A DNA stretch of 63,558 bases, filler included, from Collodictyon triciliatum (taxonomy: Eukaryota): the NCBI GenBank assembly GCA_043381765.1. It is 5 parts of 5 records of this genome, joined end to end, with 100 filler letters (N's around TTAATTAATTAA, not from the genome) between each part and the next. Parts side by side here need not be neighbours in the genome. Positions count along the whole stretch, not along the records: positions 44,554 to 62,381 come from JBHJMP010000715.1; positions 62,482 to 63,558 come from JBHJMP010000894.1; 3 more parts are not named here. The stretch is one strand, 5' to 3'. Under the pieces are notes generated by a model. It ran no database searches. It had not been told where the DNA came from and saw nothing but the letters and a program-made list of their open reading frames with translations. Positions 44,454 through 63,558 of the stretch are shown one piece after another (position 1 is the stretch's first letter; each line of letters opens with the position of its first letter). Position numbers and translations under genes: made by a program.

Positions 44454-44553
44454 NNNNNNNNNNNNNNNNNNNNNNNNNNNNNNNNNNNNNNNNNNNNTTA
44501 ATTAATTAANNNNNNNNNNNNNNNNNNNNNNNNNNNNNNNNNNNNNNNNNNNN
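44454..44553. other. Artificial scaffold-joining linker
   Basis: TTAATTAATTAA at 44498-44509 within Ns. Confidence 0.95.
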
Positions 44554-44814
44554 CTCTTTTTTCTCTCTTTTTTCTCTCTTTTTTCTCTCTTTTTTCTCTC
44601 TTTTTTCTCTCTTTTTTCTCTCTTTTTTCTCTCTTTTTTCTCTCTTTTTTCTTTCTTTTTTCTCTCTTTTTTCTCTCTTTTTTCTCTCTTTTTTCTCTCT
44701 TTTTTCTCTCTTTTTTCTCTCTTTTTTCTCTCTTTTTTCTCTCTTTTTGCTCTTTTTGTCCTATCTTTTCCATTCTGCTTTTCCAAGAGTTATAACATGC
44801 ATATTCTCATAAAG

Positions 44815-62279
<17,465 letters not shown>

Positions 62280-62303
62280 GTTTTCTTTACTCTTACTCTG
62301 ATA

Positions 62304-62381
<78 letters not shown>

Positions 62382-62481
62382 NNNNNNNNNNNNNNNNNNN
62401 NNNNNNNNNNNNNNNNNNNNNNNNNTTAATTAATTAANNNNNNNNNNNNNNNNNNNNNNNNNNNNNNNNNNNNNNNNNNNN
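62382..62481. other. Artificial scaffold-joining linker
   Basis: TTAATTAATTAA at 62426-62437 within Ns. Confidence 0.95.
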
Positions 62482-63307
62482 TGAAAGCTCAGTGAGTCAA
62501 ATCTGTATATGACAAAACTCCATCTCAATAAACAACTCAATTATGTATCTATGCTAATTTTGGTCATAATATTTATTTAATGGTGATGTCTTATCTGGTT
62601 CCTCGCTAACTTCGCAATGTCCCTCTATACTCAGAAAAATTCCAAATCGAGGTTCAAGTCGTTTCAAATAAATGAAGATGATGATGAAAAGACGATTAAT
62701 GATCTGGCAAAATAATCAACGATATGAAGACGTACTGTTTTCTTTTTCTTTTTCTTCTTTTTTTCTTTTTTTCCTTTTTTGTCTTTTTCTCTCTTTTTTC
62801 CCTTTTTTCCTTTTTTCTTTTTTCTTTTTTCTTTTTTCTTTTTTCCTTTTTCTTTTTTCTTTTTTCTTTTTTCTTTTTTCTTTTTTCTTTTTTCTTTTTT
62901 CTTTTTATTCAGGGAGGCGTTCATATTGGTCTTTTTTTTTTATCTTTTTTTATTTTTTAATTTCTTTTTTTTATCTTTTTTTATCTTTTTATCTTTTTTA
63001 TCTTTTTTAATCTTGTTTATCTTTTTTATCTTATTTTTATCTTTTTTATTCTTTCTTTTTAAATTTCTTTTTTATCTTTTTATCTTTTTATGCTTTTTTA
63101 TCTTTTTTTTAAATCTTTTTTTAATCTTTTTTTTATATCTTTTTATTTCGTTTTTTATCTTTTTTATCTTTTTATCTTTTTTATCGTTTTTAATACTCCT
63201 TTTTTTATCTTTTTTTTTTTTAAAAAATTAAAGGGGGAAATATAATAGAAAGATGAAACCTTTTCTTTCTGACAAATAACCTGAATATTGAGAGAAAAAA
63301 AATATAG

Positions 63308-63419
63308 TATGGAATGAAGATGAACAGAGTGGATTGGAATGAGACAGAGAAGGACGATATTCAAGAGTGCCAAGACAAAGAAAGCACTGGACAGCAACAG
63401 CGAACGAAGATCGGAAAAG
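63308..63419 (+). CDS. Possible internal exon of an unidentified gene
   Basis: tag|...AAAAG|GTAAAA bounded purine-rich open block after a long pyrimidine-repeat intron; no family recognised. Confidence 0.25.
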
Positions 63420-63558
63420 GTAAAATCACATCTTATTGATATTTAATGATATTTAGATTGAGAATAGATTCTCTGAAGAATTATAGAGTCAAATCAAATG
63501 TGATCTAATATCGGACACTTTAGGCTGCGTTATATCCGAGCTAGGTTGTCTAAATTAC

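Overview
Draft genomic DNA from an intron-rich, microsatellite-rich unicellular eukaryote; standard genetic code fits every gene I could splice. The window is not contiguous. Four N-flanked TTAATTAATTAA stop-codon linkers join five unrelated scaffolds (about 1-11692, 11793-29238, 29339-44453, 44554-62381, 62482-63558). Manual splicing recovers 12 genes. Scaffold 1: a Tc1/paired-like HTH protein, UBE2H/UBC8, cyclin H and CCDC25 (5' partial). Scaffold 2: a PAQR/AdipoR protein (5' partial), RPL13A, a degenerate arginine-deiminase + CtlX-type amidinotransferase fusion, a PPR protein and folliculin. Scaffold 3: a kelch/CUB receptor kinase-cyclase-kinase (3' partial) and an EF-hand protein. Scaffold 4: a large BEACH/WD40 protein (partial). 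Four observations stand out. (1) A 35-nt hairpin-forming segment without GT-AG ends breaks the frame of cyclin H exon 1, and its removal restores the family register. (2) A probable domesticated transposase DNA-binding domain forms a Pax-like factor. (3) A pseudo-ADI is fused to an intact CtlX-like enzyme behind a mitochondrial-type presequence. (4) The receptor kinase has a cyclase domain lacking both metal-binding aspartates. All family calls are from motif recognition; no searches were run.
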